Of a stretch of 64,000 bases of DNA, positions 47,896-61,485 are shown one piece after another (within the stretch, counting starts at the first letter, position 1; each line of letters starts with the position of its first letter). This DNA comes from Oikopleura dioica. Lineage: Eukaryota > Animalia > Chordata. Under the pieces are notes generated by a model that saw only the letters and a program-made list of their open reading frames with translations, searched no databases and had not been told where the DNA came from. The stretch covers positions 12,772,001 through 12,836,000 of the forward strand of contig OU015567.1 of assembly GCA_907165135.1 (NCBI GenBank), read 5' to 3'. A program made the translations under genes and the position numbers.

Positions 47896-50800
47896 CTAGA
47901 CACGCGTATTTATAACTTCCGATCGTTTTGTTTTGTTTGTCAACTGTTTTCCTGCAGTTTCGACGGTTTGACTGATTGAGGATGGTTTCGCCGTGCTGGG
48001 GCGAACCTGGGTCTTTGGCGATGCACTGACGCTAGAACTTTTGGGCTGGGCGGTTTGAGGACGCGCTCGGATTGATGACTCTGACGGACTTGGACTAGAG
48101 GAGCTCTCAGCTGCGCCGAAATCGTCTTCACGGAGGGATGCTTGTGAAGGAGTTCGAGACACACGACCCAGATCGGTTTCTATTCAGTTTTATTATTTAA
48201 ATCGTCATTTCTTTCGTCACTTACTTTTGTCTCCGAATCTGTCGTTGCTAGCAGTGCTGCTTTGGAGACTGGCAACTGAGCTCTGAAAAGAAATCGCTGT
48301 TGAAATCAAGGAAGAGAAGCGTTTTCAAACCATGCTTCGTTGAACCCGTGCTCGGCTTCGGGTTCGTTTCTCCACCACGATTTCATCATCTGTTGTAGGA
48401 ATATTTAGAGGAGGCTGATTCTTCGATTTCTGACGGTTTTCTGAAGAGTTTTGGTTACGAAAATAGAAAATTCCTCCGCGATCGGTTTATGATGAATTAC
48501 TTCCGATCAAATATCTTTTTCATTAGAGAGATTTATCCGCAGCTGTCTGTCTAGTCACGTGGGAAATTCTGCTGAGTCCGGTGAGGTTAGGTCTATTTGG
48601 CAACAGAAGAGCTCTGTAAATCGCAAGATATATTGACGCAAGCTGCTTCTTACCGATCTCAGCAGTCTTTGCTTTGTGCAGCGAGCGCAGTCGGGATCGA
48701 ATCGCTTTCCGGGCTTCGTAGTCGTCCTCTTCATCGAGCTAAAATTTTCATTAAAAACTAACCCCGCTCATGCTTCCTTACCATCTTTTCCAACTCATCG
48801 ACATCGAAAATCTCATCTAGTGTCTTTTTTCTCGGAGCAACCGTCATCGGGCTCGGACTGTCTTTCTCGCTCAACTTAAAAAAAAACGTCCGTTAGTTTA
48901 ACCCAGCCGCGTAAAAAGTTAATCCCACGAGTTTACCCTGACCTTATAAACGCACATGTACTCTGACGTTAATTTTTTTTTTGCCGTACCGATTGAATTG
49001 GAATTTACTACTGGTGTCAAGAGAAGATCCGCTCTGGTTTGAAAAATGAGGATGTTAATATACCTTTTTGTATGCGGAAGAGCAGAAATCAGAGCAATTT
49101 GGATTTTCTCATATTTGACGAGTTACAAATTTTACAAATATTTGATGCTCATCCAAGTGCTTTGGGAGTGCGATCGAGTTTATACGGAATCATGCGTAAA
49201 ATGATACAAAGGGAATTTTAACAGACAAAATGGGACCAAGTTTTACTACCTTTTTAATAGCTTTAATCTCGTCTCTCGTAAAATTATTTCATTCTCTATT
49301 TATTCACTGATTTCTTTTTCGGTTTGTCGCAAAATTTCAAAAGAAACGATTCTCAAGAAAATAAAATTTTCAGGACAAAATTGAGATATGACGAAGGAGG
49401 CAGGAGAGACTACGGAGAGTTCATAAAAGTGGCGCCTAGCGCACCCGGCTTTATGTGCGATAATGTCAGAAAATGTACTTCTTAGGCACGTGCCGTTTCC
49501 CACCTCAGAAATAGAGAGAAACAAAAAGATAGCAGGCCTCCAAATTCAAAGCCTTTCTCAGTACCTGGCTGGACTCGAGAAGAGATAGTCGCGTTCGCAG
49601 ATCGTCAATAGTATCATTTTGCGTTTTGACCGTTGAGTTGAGCGATTTGACTTCTTTTGAAAACCTCTCGTATTCATCTTTGAGCGTCGCGTTTACGTCT
49701 TCGACTTCTTTCTTCAGGAAATTGTTTTCTTTTGTCAGTTTTGTGTTTTCGTTTTCGACCTTGTCCAATCGAGCCAGGATTTTTGAAGCTAGAATTCGAA
49801 TGAAGCAAAAATAGGATCACAAAAGAAACCTGAGAGTTGAAGGTGTCAGAAATCCTGTCCAAGTCATTTTTCGTCACTTCTGGTTTAACAACTACTGGCT
49901 GGCTGCTTTCAATCTTTTTGTGATTCGTCAGAACCGGTTCTGTTTTCGGCTGATGGTCTCTTAAAAATTTCAGTAAAATTTCAGGTTTTTGCGCCATCGT
50001 TCTTGTCATTTTCTTATTCTAAAATTTATAACTTTATAAGCGGATTGTTCCGTTTTAGACTGGGCTTTATATGGGCTCATTTAGTTATTCATTTTTTGAG
50101 CTTTTTGTTTTAAGTTGATACAAGAGCCTTTGCCGCACGCGCGTCAGAATAATCATTATCTCCAGAGGACGAGTTAATCATGGCTGGAGGGGTTAATTAG
50201 CGAATTTTCTGTATTAACCTGTCATTAGAAGTGGATGATTGCATTTTAAGCTTCGCAAGGACGGGTGCTTTCCGAGATCGATCAGGAGTTCCATTCGCTT
50301 TTGGTGGGCGAGAATCAGTTCCAGATTCTGCATCAGACATAGCAATCATTGAAGTTGGCCTGAATCATGGTTGAAGATCTGTGTGCCCAAAAAGACGGCC
50401 CCTGGCTGATCTAAAGTTTATGGCAGTAAAATATGGATGTTTGACCGCAATTTTTCAAAGGCAAAAGAGCCAGGTTATTCTAGTGTTAAAGTTCTTGTAA
50501 CTATATTAGTCTGGGCGCTGAAAGGATTGACAAATTAGGCGCAAAGAGGCTCACGTCAAATATGCATCCTTGTCGCGTCTTCTGGGCACAGAAGAAGTGT
50601 GGTACGGTACTGTACTTTCCTCCGACACAAGTGGACACGTGTAGTCACCTGCCCGAGGCGATTACCCAGGCCCCCTTCCGATTTATGGCTACTAAGCCCT
50701 TTCTCCGTGCGCTTCTAGGGCATGAAAGAAGAAAGCTACTTTACCGTGGTTGTTTCTCCCGGTCAGTAAGGACTTGCTGAAGCTTTGACATCGTTTTGGA

Positions 50801-52390
50801 GCAGCGAATTGAATCTGGACTTGGTGGCACTTCCGTTCTTTTCGAAGCCATTTGTGGGGAGCCAGAGAACATGGCGAGGGGATGACCTCCGCCGAAAGGG
50901 GTTGATGGGGTTGTTGGAGTCGTGGGATTGCTTTAGTTAGAGTTTAAAGAATGTTAGACGCGCTTGTGGCTTTTTGAAGAGCAATAAGATTTGAAAGCGT
51001 AAGGGTTTAAACCGGAAGTAATGTTAATATTTCCCCTCTGTTTTTCTCTCTGAATTGCAAAAATTAATTTCAAAACTCTTTCCTTGGCGGGTTGACTCTT
51101 CTGTGATTCGTGCTCTGGAGCTTCATCGCCGCGAGTTTCAGGCTCTGACGGAAGCGATCTGCGCCGTCTTCTGCCTGTAGTTGTGTCCGAGGCGTTAGTG
51201 TGACTTCTGATTGAGACCTTTATCGGTTGGTTTAATGAGGTTGAAGAATCTTGTCTGAAATACCGTTGGAGATATGGACGGGCTCCTCGGGTGACGCTCC
51301 TGCCTCTTTCGATAGTGGCACCAGAATTGCCGGATGAGTTTCCTGATGGTTTTACATCATACTAAAATCTTAGTCAATCGATGAAATGCTGAAAATGAAA
51401 AGAAATAAAAACGACTGTGATAATAAAAGTTTCTATCATTTGATAAATATCGCAAAATTCATAACCTTAAATCATTTTTGCCGGTAGGAAAACATTCTCA
51501 TTCAATTATTATTGTTTCGTAGCGATAATATATTTATGGTCTTTCTTTCCGACCATGAAGTCAATTTTAAATCGCTAACCACCCTTGGGTGACAACATTT
51601 TCACTTTACAAAGACGCGCGTACTCCCCAGCTGTGCGCCACTGTGAAAAATGAGCTGAGATGATAAGCGCCGTGGACCTTGTTATCGGATAAATTATTAC
51701 TTGTTATTATTACCTGGGCCGCCGTGGTGTAGTTCACACTTCCGCTCAGGCGATTTGATGATGTCAACAGAAGAAGGGTTCAAATTTGAAAACTATTTCA
51801 AGTTCATCTGAGAATTTTCATTTCCGCTTTTAGTAGGTAACAGGGAAAAATTTGCGAAAAGATGTTATTTTATTTAAACGATTTCTAATAAGTTTTGAAC
51901 CGCTATCTTATTACTAGCGCCTTCAACCATTTTATTAATCTGAATGGAGCTAATCGAGCTCCTACGGTCATCCGAAGGCCGGGCCGTCTGCGGCCTGTCG
52001 CGCATGACGACAGGTTTTGTATCCGTTCGCGCAGAACTGGGTCGATCTCGACCAGACGATCCTCTGCCAAAGTCGTGGTCTTCAATACCAGTCCCTCCTA
52101 TTCCCACTCTCGGCCTTGTCGCGCTCACAGATCGATCCCTGCCAGTCTTTTTGTTTCTTCGTCTTCGCCCTCGACCTGAGCGTTCTTCGGAAGAGTCTCT
52201 TCCAGAATACTCGTCGGAGGAATATCTCTCGTTTCTTGAACTCTTCGTCTTTGTCGAGCGAGCGGCCAAATTCGTCGAACTTAGCGCATCTTTATCTCTG
52301 GCTCTCAAAAACGCTCCAACTTTAATTTTAGAAAATTCTCTTATCACGTACTCGACTCGAGCTGTAGATTACTGTAGTAGGTCAAGGTAC
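47896..52390 (-). CDS. Upstream minus-strand exons including a smoothelin-type motif and a coiled coil (same gene as the CH exons, or a separate gene/isoform)
   Basis: Exons at ~48655-48880 encode LDEIFDVDELEKM|LDEEDDYEARKAIRSRLRSLHK, matching the smoothelin repeat (L-KML...D-EERKLIR-A-R). Coiled coil at 49505-49768. Ser/Arg-rich exons at ~50750-50950, 51083-51360 and 51874-52347. Connectivity not resolved. Confidence 0.6.
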
Positions 52391-54879
52391 AGCTGAGCTT
52401 TGTCTAAACGTCAGAAGAAAGTTTTTTTCACTTTTTATTGTAGTTGAAGTTACGTAATTGAATTATTTTGATTCTAATTAAAGAAGAAGGGTAGTAAAGA
52501 ATAATTATTAATGGCCATTTCCTAAGCTCGGCGCCCGGCGCAATCGTGTGCTCATTCTTGTGGACTTTCTTTTATTGTCTTTTGAGGATCCTAATTGATT
52601 ATTTCATCATTTGATTAGTGTAACGGAAGCATAAAATTTGATTTATCAGAACACCCGACACTGTCATGATGAAATTTAATTACTAGTGTTTGCTTTTTAA
52701 TGAATATTTTCGAATAATTTGCAGATTATACTTCATTTTGTACTTTTTTGAGTAGCTTTCTTTCAGAATTAATAACGTAAGAGATAATATAAACGGACCC
52801 TGTATATATTTAAACGACGATGTTTTCAGAATTTGTCTTCCTTGATTTCAAATCTCTATTCTTTAATAAAAATCTTATCGAGTGTAATTTTAATGTATGT
52901 TTTTTGGATGCAAATGCGGTGAGTTTCGCGATGATTAGACTAGTGGTGATATCTTCCTAGTCCAGAGCTCAATGTGACAATAGCTGGGAGGTAGTAAGCA
53001 CATACAAGCTCACTTCAACCTTTTTTCAAAAAAAGCGTACGCGCCCCAGTACCCAGATTTGCACCAGTCATTGCGCGCTTGTTAATTTGCACATGCGGAT
53101 TAATCAGGAGAAAATTTCTTCAATAAAAATTGTAAAAAAAAAAAATTCCGAGATTGAGCTTGGGTTATTGACCGGAGCTTTTGCGGGGATCGAAGAAGAT
53201 TTGAATTAGAACACACGTCCAAATTCTATCAATTTATTCTTGCTCTATCAATGTTTTTATGGGCCAGATTGGTAAAGAATGAAGAAAGTCAGGAAAAACA
53301 GAAAAGCAAGGAGAAATGTTTGATGCGTCGCCGCAAAAGGGGTTGGCTCAAGCAAGGAGTATGGATGCGACATGTGGGGAGCGTCATCATTTTCACATCG
53401 CCAAATCTAAAATCATAAAAAAACGCAAGGATAGCGAAGATTAAAACTGACCATTTCGCAGTCCTTTATCTCCTGGAATTGTTTCAACCAGTACCTGTCC
53501 CTCAACGTCTCTATATCTAAAAACGCGATAAGCAACTCCAGTCAGTATTCATGCTTACCGTCTTGTTCACAATATCCGTTATGCGTTGATACCAAATCAA
53601 GCCTCTCTTGGAGCTTTTGGCACGCGCTTCTCATATTTTCTTATTCGCTTCTTGATTCTAGCTGTTTTGGGACGTAAAATAAAAGAGCTCTGCCGGTATT
53701 CTTACACGTAAATCCGTTAGACCTTTTCTGACATTTGAATTTTCTGGCGCATCTTCCATAAAAACAAAACAAAACAAAACATAATACCAAAAACAGTCGC
53801 TAATTTCCCGTATATTTGAAAGAAAACAAGAAACTGTCTATCATCAAAATATCAAGACTCTTCCCTGGCCACGTTTTTGAGAGTGCTGATGTCGACTGTC
53901 AGACAGAATTGTAATTCCTGTTTGCGATTCCGACTCTACTCGCCGGATTATTGTCCAATGTTGCCTTCAAATACCAAAACAAGCTAAGCCACGGCAAGCA
54001 AGATAAATATTTCCCTCGAACAACCTTTTCTCAATTACAGAGCCACACAATCGTCACCCAAAGGACCCCAACACTTGGTTTTAATTACAGTTCACAAAAT
54101 AAGCTCTTTCAAAAAGTCCCAAAGTGTTTATTTTGCTTCCTAAGTTCCGGCGGAACCTGAAATCTCTTCCTAAGGAGCTCGTAAAATCTGAGTCGCTAGA
54201 ACAATCGATTTCTCTTGAATTTTTCGGATTGTTTTTTATTTTCATACTGAATTTTTGCATTTTAACGTTGACCGAGTCGACGTCTTCTTTCTCCCTTCTC
54301 CCCGGTTAAATTCGTCTATTTTGGGAACAAGAATTTATCCAATAATTTGACTCGTTAGATCTGCTGCAGCTGTCGCTCGGACAATAATCTGAGGATCAAC
54401 ACATGTTTCAGAAGAAATTGAACATTGATGACTACAGAATTTTCGACTCATGAGAAGTACCAATTAATAATTTGCAATGATACCATCAAAACGGTCGTAA
54501 TTCTATTTCCAGCTATGAAAATATAATATATTTGTTATGCAGCTATTTAGAGTCGGAAAGAAGTCATCCTTCTAAATTCTCGCTTTCGCTAATTGATTAT
54601 CAAGTCTAAATTGGCCAATTGTCTAAGTAATGAAGACGAAGATATATTTTAAGAAGACTGGAGTTAACTTTAACAAGCGGCTTTGCAAAAATACTGCTTC
54701 TGGAGCAATTATCTTGAGATGGTGTAAAAACCAGCGAAGATAGTGCCAAAAGTTACCGAAAAATTCAGATAGCGGCTGGTTTCTATGATAACGAAAAGAA
54801 TTCGAGTCCGTTAGATATTGAGAAGGAAGGAAATTTTATTCTGGGAAATCAACAGTCAGGAATCATCTTGGAACAGTAT

Positions 54880-55516
54880 CTATGCAGAAATTTTTGAATC
54901 ATGCAGACTTAATAATTCTGAATAATGACCTTTGTGAATGCTCATCACTCCAAGTTTTGCTTTTGCCATATCCTTGTCATCGAACCAGTAGATTTCGATG
55001 TCCACCAAGTGATTCGGACCGGTTCTTTTGAATTTATCTTTTTCTGAAGGACAATCATCTCTTTGCAATGTTGAATGACTACTTACCGAGAGCAGTGATG
55101 ACTTTAAAATTGTAATTGTGCTCGTCTGTCTCATCATCCAAAATATTGTCCTTCGTAAACAGCTCCGGGTCAAAAGCCTAAAAACTTGAATTTCTAAACG
55201 ACGAGACTCTTATTCTTTAAAATCGAGTTCACGCTCAATCCTCATCTTTTAGATTTTTCTTGAAAAAATTGGTCATTTACGCTACCGTAATTTTAATTGT
55301 TGCTGGATAATCTTCCCCTTTCCGTCTATTCCAAAACTCATGATTGACCAGGACAATATCTCCTTCTGCCGAAATCAATTTGTCGGCAATTCCGACTTCG
55401 AGAAACCATTTGCCGCCCTCTTCTTCAGTCTCTCTTTTGAATTTCATACTGTACTCTTTTACCCAGTACTCTAGGTAATCCTTTTTGAGAAAATCGGGAT
55501 ACTCGTAGGAGGTCAT
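54880..55516 (-). CDS. Hypothetical protein (multi-exon)
   Basis: Protein-like open segments MTSYEYPDFLKKDYLEYWVKEY..., AFDPELFTKDNILDDETDEHNYNFKVITAL|gtaag and DDCPSEKDKFKRTGPNHLVDIEIYWF...KISA*, separated by short introns. No family recognised. Confidence 0.5.
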
Positions 55517-57932
55517 TTTTAGCCTCAGAAATCTTTAAAAAAATGAAAAATAGAGCGCTGAGTGTTGGTTGGCTTCATTTTTACGAGTTTTTTATTTGAC
55601 TAGCTAATATTTAACAACTCAATTTCAAATTGACAGTTTGTCAAAATCAAGCCAGATTCAGAATTTTTATTTTTTCGAATTTTATTTGAATTAAATATAA
55701 ATTTATTTATTTTTTATTAAATGAAAATTTTCTAAATATCAAAAAAAAAAAATTTTTTTTAAAGCGATCGTCAATAATATAAATTTAGTGATTTCAGAAC
55801 AGGAGTCTTTAGTTGTCTCTGAAAGAAACCGTGAAAACCCTAATCGCATTTCTCTCCGCTCCAAAAATACAATTCCCGTACTGTACCATTTCTAACTCAA
55901 TTTAACGCCATTAAGAAAACATCAACTCAGCAGAACTTAAAATTCAAATATATGAGAAAGTGTTCCTGCCAAACTTGATTTTGGTCTTATCGGCATCAGC
56001 TTATGCTAATGGTACAACCACAAATCCTTCCTGATAGTGGTGATCCGAACCGAACTCGATGATTAAAAATGCTATTACTTGCATGGTCTATCCAGTTGTT
56101 TTTAAAAATGCAAGAAGGAACCGGCAGACTTTCTTAATTATAAATCATCTCTGGCATTTCAGAAAACTTTGTAGTTCCAGTAAAGTCTTTTTGATTAAAT
56201 AAAACGTCCCCATTTTCGATGACAAGTGAAGATAGTGTCACAACGATTTTGAAAATATTGTCCGGTGACGTCTTTTTCCTTTGTCAAAATTTATATCTTT
56301 CAAAATTTTGAAAAAAATTGTAATTACAGTCATTTGCGCTGTTGTTGGCAAACAAAGGAGAAACTTATCTTTTAATGCCTCGGCAATAGCTCTTGAATAA
56401 GTTCCATTGAAAGAAGTGGCCGGCAAGAGGGATCAGCGTATTTTTGCGCTTCTCGAAAGGCCAAGTTTTCTAAAAATCCTGAATTGTTAGACAAGCAAAG
56501 GAGCAGGTTATCGACATAATTTACACGACATTAAGTTGTCATCTGTTTTTACGAGGTAAATTAGATCCTGTGAATTGTTTTAGAGCTAATTTAAAGCTGT
56601 AAAATAAATGTTTGAATACTTGAGGGTTCATTGGAAAAGACAGTAAAGTATCAGCAAAAAGCCTCCACAGAAATTGACGCAAGAATCAATCCCTTTGATA
56701 TTACTAGAGCGAACTGACCAAAGATGGTGCACCAAAATGCCCTTCTTGTCGATGAAGGGTTAAAGTGTCAAAAAAGTGACTTTTTGATGTATATTTTACA
56801 GTAAATTCACGAAGGGATGATGAATTATTATGAACCCTAATGACTCGGGTTTATTTTTGGCGGAGCTGGCTCTCGAACGCGGTGTTGGTGGTGTCGCTCG
56901 AGCGCCGGCGCGCGGCTCAGCCGACAAAATGCCTCTAACCAAACGCGCCCGGTGATCCCAATTTTTTTCAAAATATCTGAAACTTGCACTTGAAAAATCA
57001 ATACATATACTTTTTTATTGTTTGTTTGTATCATGGGTTATCATTAAATTAACCCAAAAGAGATTCTAAAAGAAGAAAAACGAAGAAAGAAAGAAAATAA
57101 ATTGGTAAAAATTAAAGAAAGAGAAAAAATAGAAAACGAGGCTCGTTTTGGTCAATATTGGCTTTTGGCGTTTGCATTTCGTGGTGAACATGAGTTAAAT
57201 ATGACGGATAAGTCATCATTTTTTAGGATTGATCAGAAAATAAGTGTTTCTTTCAGGAAGTTCTTTGAAATTTTACCGAGCGTGTTTTTGATAAATGATA
57301 ATTTTTAGTTGATTGATCGAATTTATCAAGATGATGAATTTATTTATGAAAATTATTTTAATAGTTTCAATCAATCATTGAAATTTCCCTCGTCGTCCAT
57401 AAAATTAATTCTCAAATAAATTCTATTCATCATCACATTCATTTTTTACTACTCTGGTAACAGAACAATGAAACATTTTAACCTTCAATAACAATAAAAA
57501 TCTATCGATTTTTCAATTACCAATTCTATTTTCTGAATAAAAACAAAAAACTAGCAGCGCGAGAGAATAGCGAATTGAAAATTTTCGTTGAAAAGAGGAA
57601 GTCGGTTGAAAGTGCTCGAGAAGGATAAGTGTCGGCTTAGACAAAAGGTTATGATAGCTAAGCCTGTTCAACTTGTATACGCTGTTTTTCTTACGTAGCG
57701 TTGTTTGCTTTTTGATTGCGCTAGAATCGGTAGAATTGAGAGGATATTTAGTGGTTCAGATGCGATTCTAGGGCTGTTGAAAGGCATGAAGAATGTGATC
57801 AATTCTCGGTTGCATTGTTGATAAATTGGGTTTTCATTAAATCAACATTTTTATGTGATCCTCGGCCAAATATTTAGAGCTAAGGTGAGATTCCCTTTGT
57901 GGTCGTAAACCTTGTCATTCGTCGAGGAAATA

Positions 57933-58092
57933 GAGTCACGCTAACTTCCCCAAGACGCTAACTTCCCCAGACGCTAACTTCCCCAGACGCTAACTTCCCC
58001 AACGTTGTGCAAGTTAGCGTTTTGGGCGAGTTAGCGTTTTGGGGAAGTTAGCGTCTGGGGAAGTTAGCGTCTTGGGGAAGTTAGCGTGACTC
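57933..58092. mobile_element. Foldback/Mutator-like MITE (160 bp) with tandem-subrepeat inverted arms and 9-bp TSD
   Basis: Begins GAGTCACGCTAACTTCCCC and ends GGGGAAGTTAGCGTGACTC (inverted). The left arm has 4 copies and the right arm 5 copies of a ~16-nt unit (ACGCTAACTTCCCCAG). It is flanked by direct GAGGAAATA at 57924-57932 and 58093-58101. Confidence 0.9.
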
Positions 58093-61000
58093 GAGGAAAT
58101 ACGGTCATTGGAAGTTGTCCAAAAAAAAAACAGAAATTGCTTTCTTCCGAGAGAAAATTTTAGCCGCTTTCATAAAAAAGCATTCTTTGGGCAGAATTTC
58201 CTTGATAATTCGAAGAAATTATTATTTATTCTGACGAGCAAAATTGCTAGTGAAAAATTTTGTCTCTGTAAATTGTGCTCGTTAAAAATGAATATACGCC
58301 CGTTACGTAAATTCTGCATATCTGACTGGCTATCTGGACGCTGGCGATTTTCATAAACGAGGTCGTTTCAAATCAAATCTCCATCCTAATGTCCTCATGC
58401 ATGTCAGCGGGCTATCGTCCCTAATTTTCCTATTTTTCGAATTTTCGAAGTCTTTGAAATTTTAAGATGCTTTCGGCGGATTTTGAGGGTGGAGGACACT
58501 CCGGAAATGAATTGAATTTTGTTTTGGTTGTTTTTGTTGAATTGATTCGGACTCAGGCGCTAGAAATATCGAAAGAAGGGACGATCTTCCGGAGAGGTAG
58601 CCGAGAAATTGCCATTTTCACCGAGAAAGTCGCGTCTAAGGGGGAGCCAGAAAACAGCAGAAAGCGAGCTAGAAGCTTAGACAAGCCAATTTTCTGATTT
58701 ACCGTGTTCCGAAAATATCAGAAGAAAATAAACTCAAATAAAATGAATGCTTTTTAAGGAAATACAATATTTTTTTTCTGAAGCTTTTCTTTCATTAGTA
58801 TTCAACAATGATTCTTATTCATCAAAATAACGAGCGTAAAATTTGTTGAGCATAAATTAACTTGTAAATATCAAAAAAGCAAAATTTGCTCCCAGCCCAA
58901 GAATTCGAACAAATTGGATAAAATCGAAATTGTTTGTAAACCCGGCTCGAATGTGACATAACATTTGGTGGGGAAACGTGATTACTAAACGGTAACTCGG
59001 GAAAAACTAATAACGAGAGAACGCAAGCGACGTAGACTGATGTCAAAACATTTACTTTTTTGGGAAAAATCAGGAAACTGATTACTTAACAAATGTCTTC
59101 TTATTTTGTACAAACTTTGCAGTTATCATTCAATGCGATATTTTGTGCATGTTTTTTTTGAGTCATTATTGCATCTAATGAATGACCTGTTCTTTGAAAT
59201 ATACTTCATAACTCGAAAAAACATTGACAAAAGAGAGGTCATTTTTGGAATGTTTCTGAGTTGCGTCGAAATATTTCTTGCTGCTCATTTTCTGGCGCCT
59301 GATTACGCATGCTTGGCGATGACCCTTTTTTTCTGTTCAAATTCAGCTTCGAACTCGTGTGCATTCTTCCCCTTCCTCTGGTTCAACGAGATGTTAATTA
59401 ATAATTTTCTGAAAAGCGGATGGCCGGATCCTGGAGCTAATTTTGGCTATCTCTAAATCTGCATTAGATAGCTCCAATTTCCGAAAAAATGACTTGCTCT
59501 CGAGTTCCATGGCGATAATTTCGTTGTTTTAACATTTCAGTAAAAAGCACCTGCTCTTCAAGTTTTCAAAAGTGGCTCCTAAAGTGGCTCCGTTCTGAAA
59601 AAAGGGATGAAAAACGAAGCGGATGAATCCTTTTAGTAGAAATCTCGGGGCGCTTCCGACACCTTTGTAAAACATTTTCGCTCATTTCTTTTTCAAGCAT
59701 TTCTCAGGGCTACAGCAACTGCTCATTTTTAAACCAGTCAGTTGAGAAAATCTGCTTACGCTTATATTTCTTAATACTTGTGGTAGCTTTCTTGGTTCTA
59801 AAATCAGCGCGCTGTTTTTTCGAGCCCGTTTAAAATATCGAGCATGTTTACACGATGTCATGTGATCGTGATGTCAGCACATGTGTGTATGTCTCGCTTT
59901 TCCTCTTTCGAATCTAGTGGTTGTGGTTTTGCCAGCTTCTGAGGTTTTTTCTTATCGCACTTGGACACACTTAAGTTTGTCCAACGTGATTTTTGAAGCT
60001 TTGGATATCTTGAGTACAAATTTTGATATATGAATTTATAAAAAAAATGCTACCGAATATTTAGTCGGACACCCTTATTTTACAAAAAGAAAGATCTCAT
60101 TTTAATCCTAAAAATTTTAATTTTCGCATTCAAATCTTTCCGCAAAATCTGTTCTCAATCTGTCCACCGCCTTCGAGAAAAACAGCCACGTTTTGTTATC
60201 AATACAAAAATGCAGCAATTCAGAACCTAAAACAGAGTCCGAGTAATCGCCCAGTCGCGAGACCGCCTTATCCCGGCCAAAGCGCTGAGCCTAAATTTCG
60301 TTCCAAATCCGGAAGACTTCGCCACCACGGATTTTTAGCAAAGCAAAATTACACGTTTTCCGAATCTTATAATTCCCAGACTCGAGTTTGAGTTGCTCTT
60401 TCGAGATTTGAAATGAACTTGGAAATTTCAAATTTGTATGACGATGGAATTTTGTCTTACATACATTCCAAGACGTTATTTTAGATGCTGAACTACTCTT
60501 CCTTGATTTCCAGATGGCAAATCATTATGATCTGCGAAAAATTAGATTGAGTCGTGAATAGAGTGTCGATTCTAGCGTCGCATGGCGCAAGACCCGCGCG
60601 TACCGTAAATTTCCGTGAATAAGATTTAGAAGGTGTGTCACTCACAAAAAAATGAGATTATCTTCAAAGCCAGACAAGATAGAGTTGCGGGTGTTGCCTT
60701 GAATTTGACAGGCTCCCTTAGTCGTTATTCAACTTATACAATGTTTTCTTCTTCAAAAAGGCTTAAGGGTGTGCGCATGATAGGAGAAAATGATAAAAAT
60801 CAGCGTTGTACACCCTAAGGGTTAATAATTAAGGCTTAATCCGATTTTCTTCACTTGATCCATCCACAGCTGGAGAATATTTTCTTCCAAAAAATTGGAG
60901 GGATGAGTGAAGAAAGCAATTCGACATGGATCCGTCAAATCTGATCCGCCAAGTGTCTCGAATCTTATTTCTGGGATTATTTGGTTCCCGTAAGAGCCCA

Positions 61001-61427
61001 CCGAGAGGATCAGCCAGCGGAGGTTTCGGGCGAAAGCTTTTTATGTGAGGAAGAGAGGTTTAAACAGATTTTCTTTCAGAAGTAATTTGTATTCTCAGAA
61101 TCTGAGAATACTGCAATTTTGGTTTTAGATCGATCAAAGAAGTTTCGTATTTTTTAAGAGGAAATTCATTTTTCTGCTTTTTATTGCAAACGCGAGACTG
61201 CTGGCTTTTATTGTAAGAGATCGCTTTTTAATCCAGTATTGAAATTTCAAATCTCAAAAGTGAAAAACTCCGTTATGGTCTTTTTTTATTACGAAAATCA
61301 AAACGTGATGAAAACCACTTCCAGCTGAACTTTAATTCTGTTCACCGCCAAAAAGCACCGTCTTGAGCTCGAATTAACCCGGATTTTCGCCGCTCACGTG
61401 ATTCACTAACGTTTCATTCAGATTCTG

Positions 61428-61485
61428 ATGAGAGGCAATTTTTCTATACGACATCTGCTCGGCCTGCTTCTTCTCTTCAAACCTG
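61428..61485 (+). CDS. Candidate first coding exon (signal-peptide-like) of a gene continuing past a long intron
   Basis: TTCATTCAG acceptor 6 nt upstream, ATG, MRGNFSIRHLLGLLLLFKP, then a phase-1 GTAAGT donor. No downstream exon was identified in the window. Confidence 0.35.

Noticed and set aside
53758-53780. (AAAAC)n microsatellite and other short A-rich runs
   Set aside because: Ordinary low-complexity sequence.
57933-58092. Tandem 16-nt repeats as a CRISPR array
   Set aside because: No unique spacers, arms are inverted, a TSD is present, there are no cas genes and the context is eukaryotic. Better explained as a foldback MITE.
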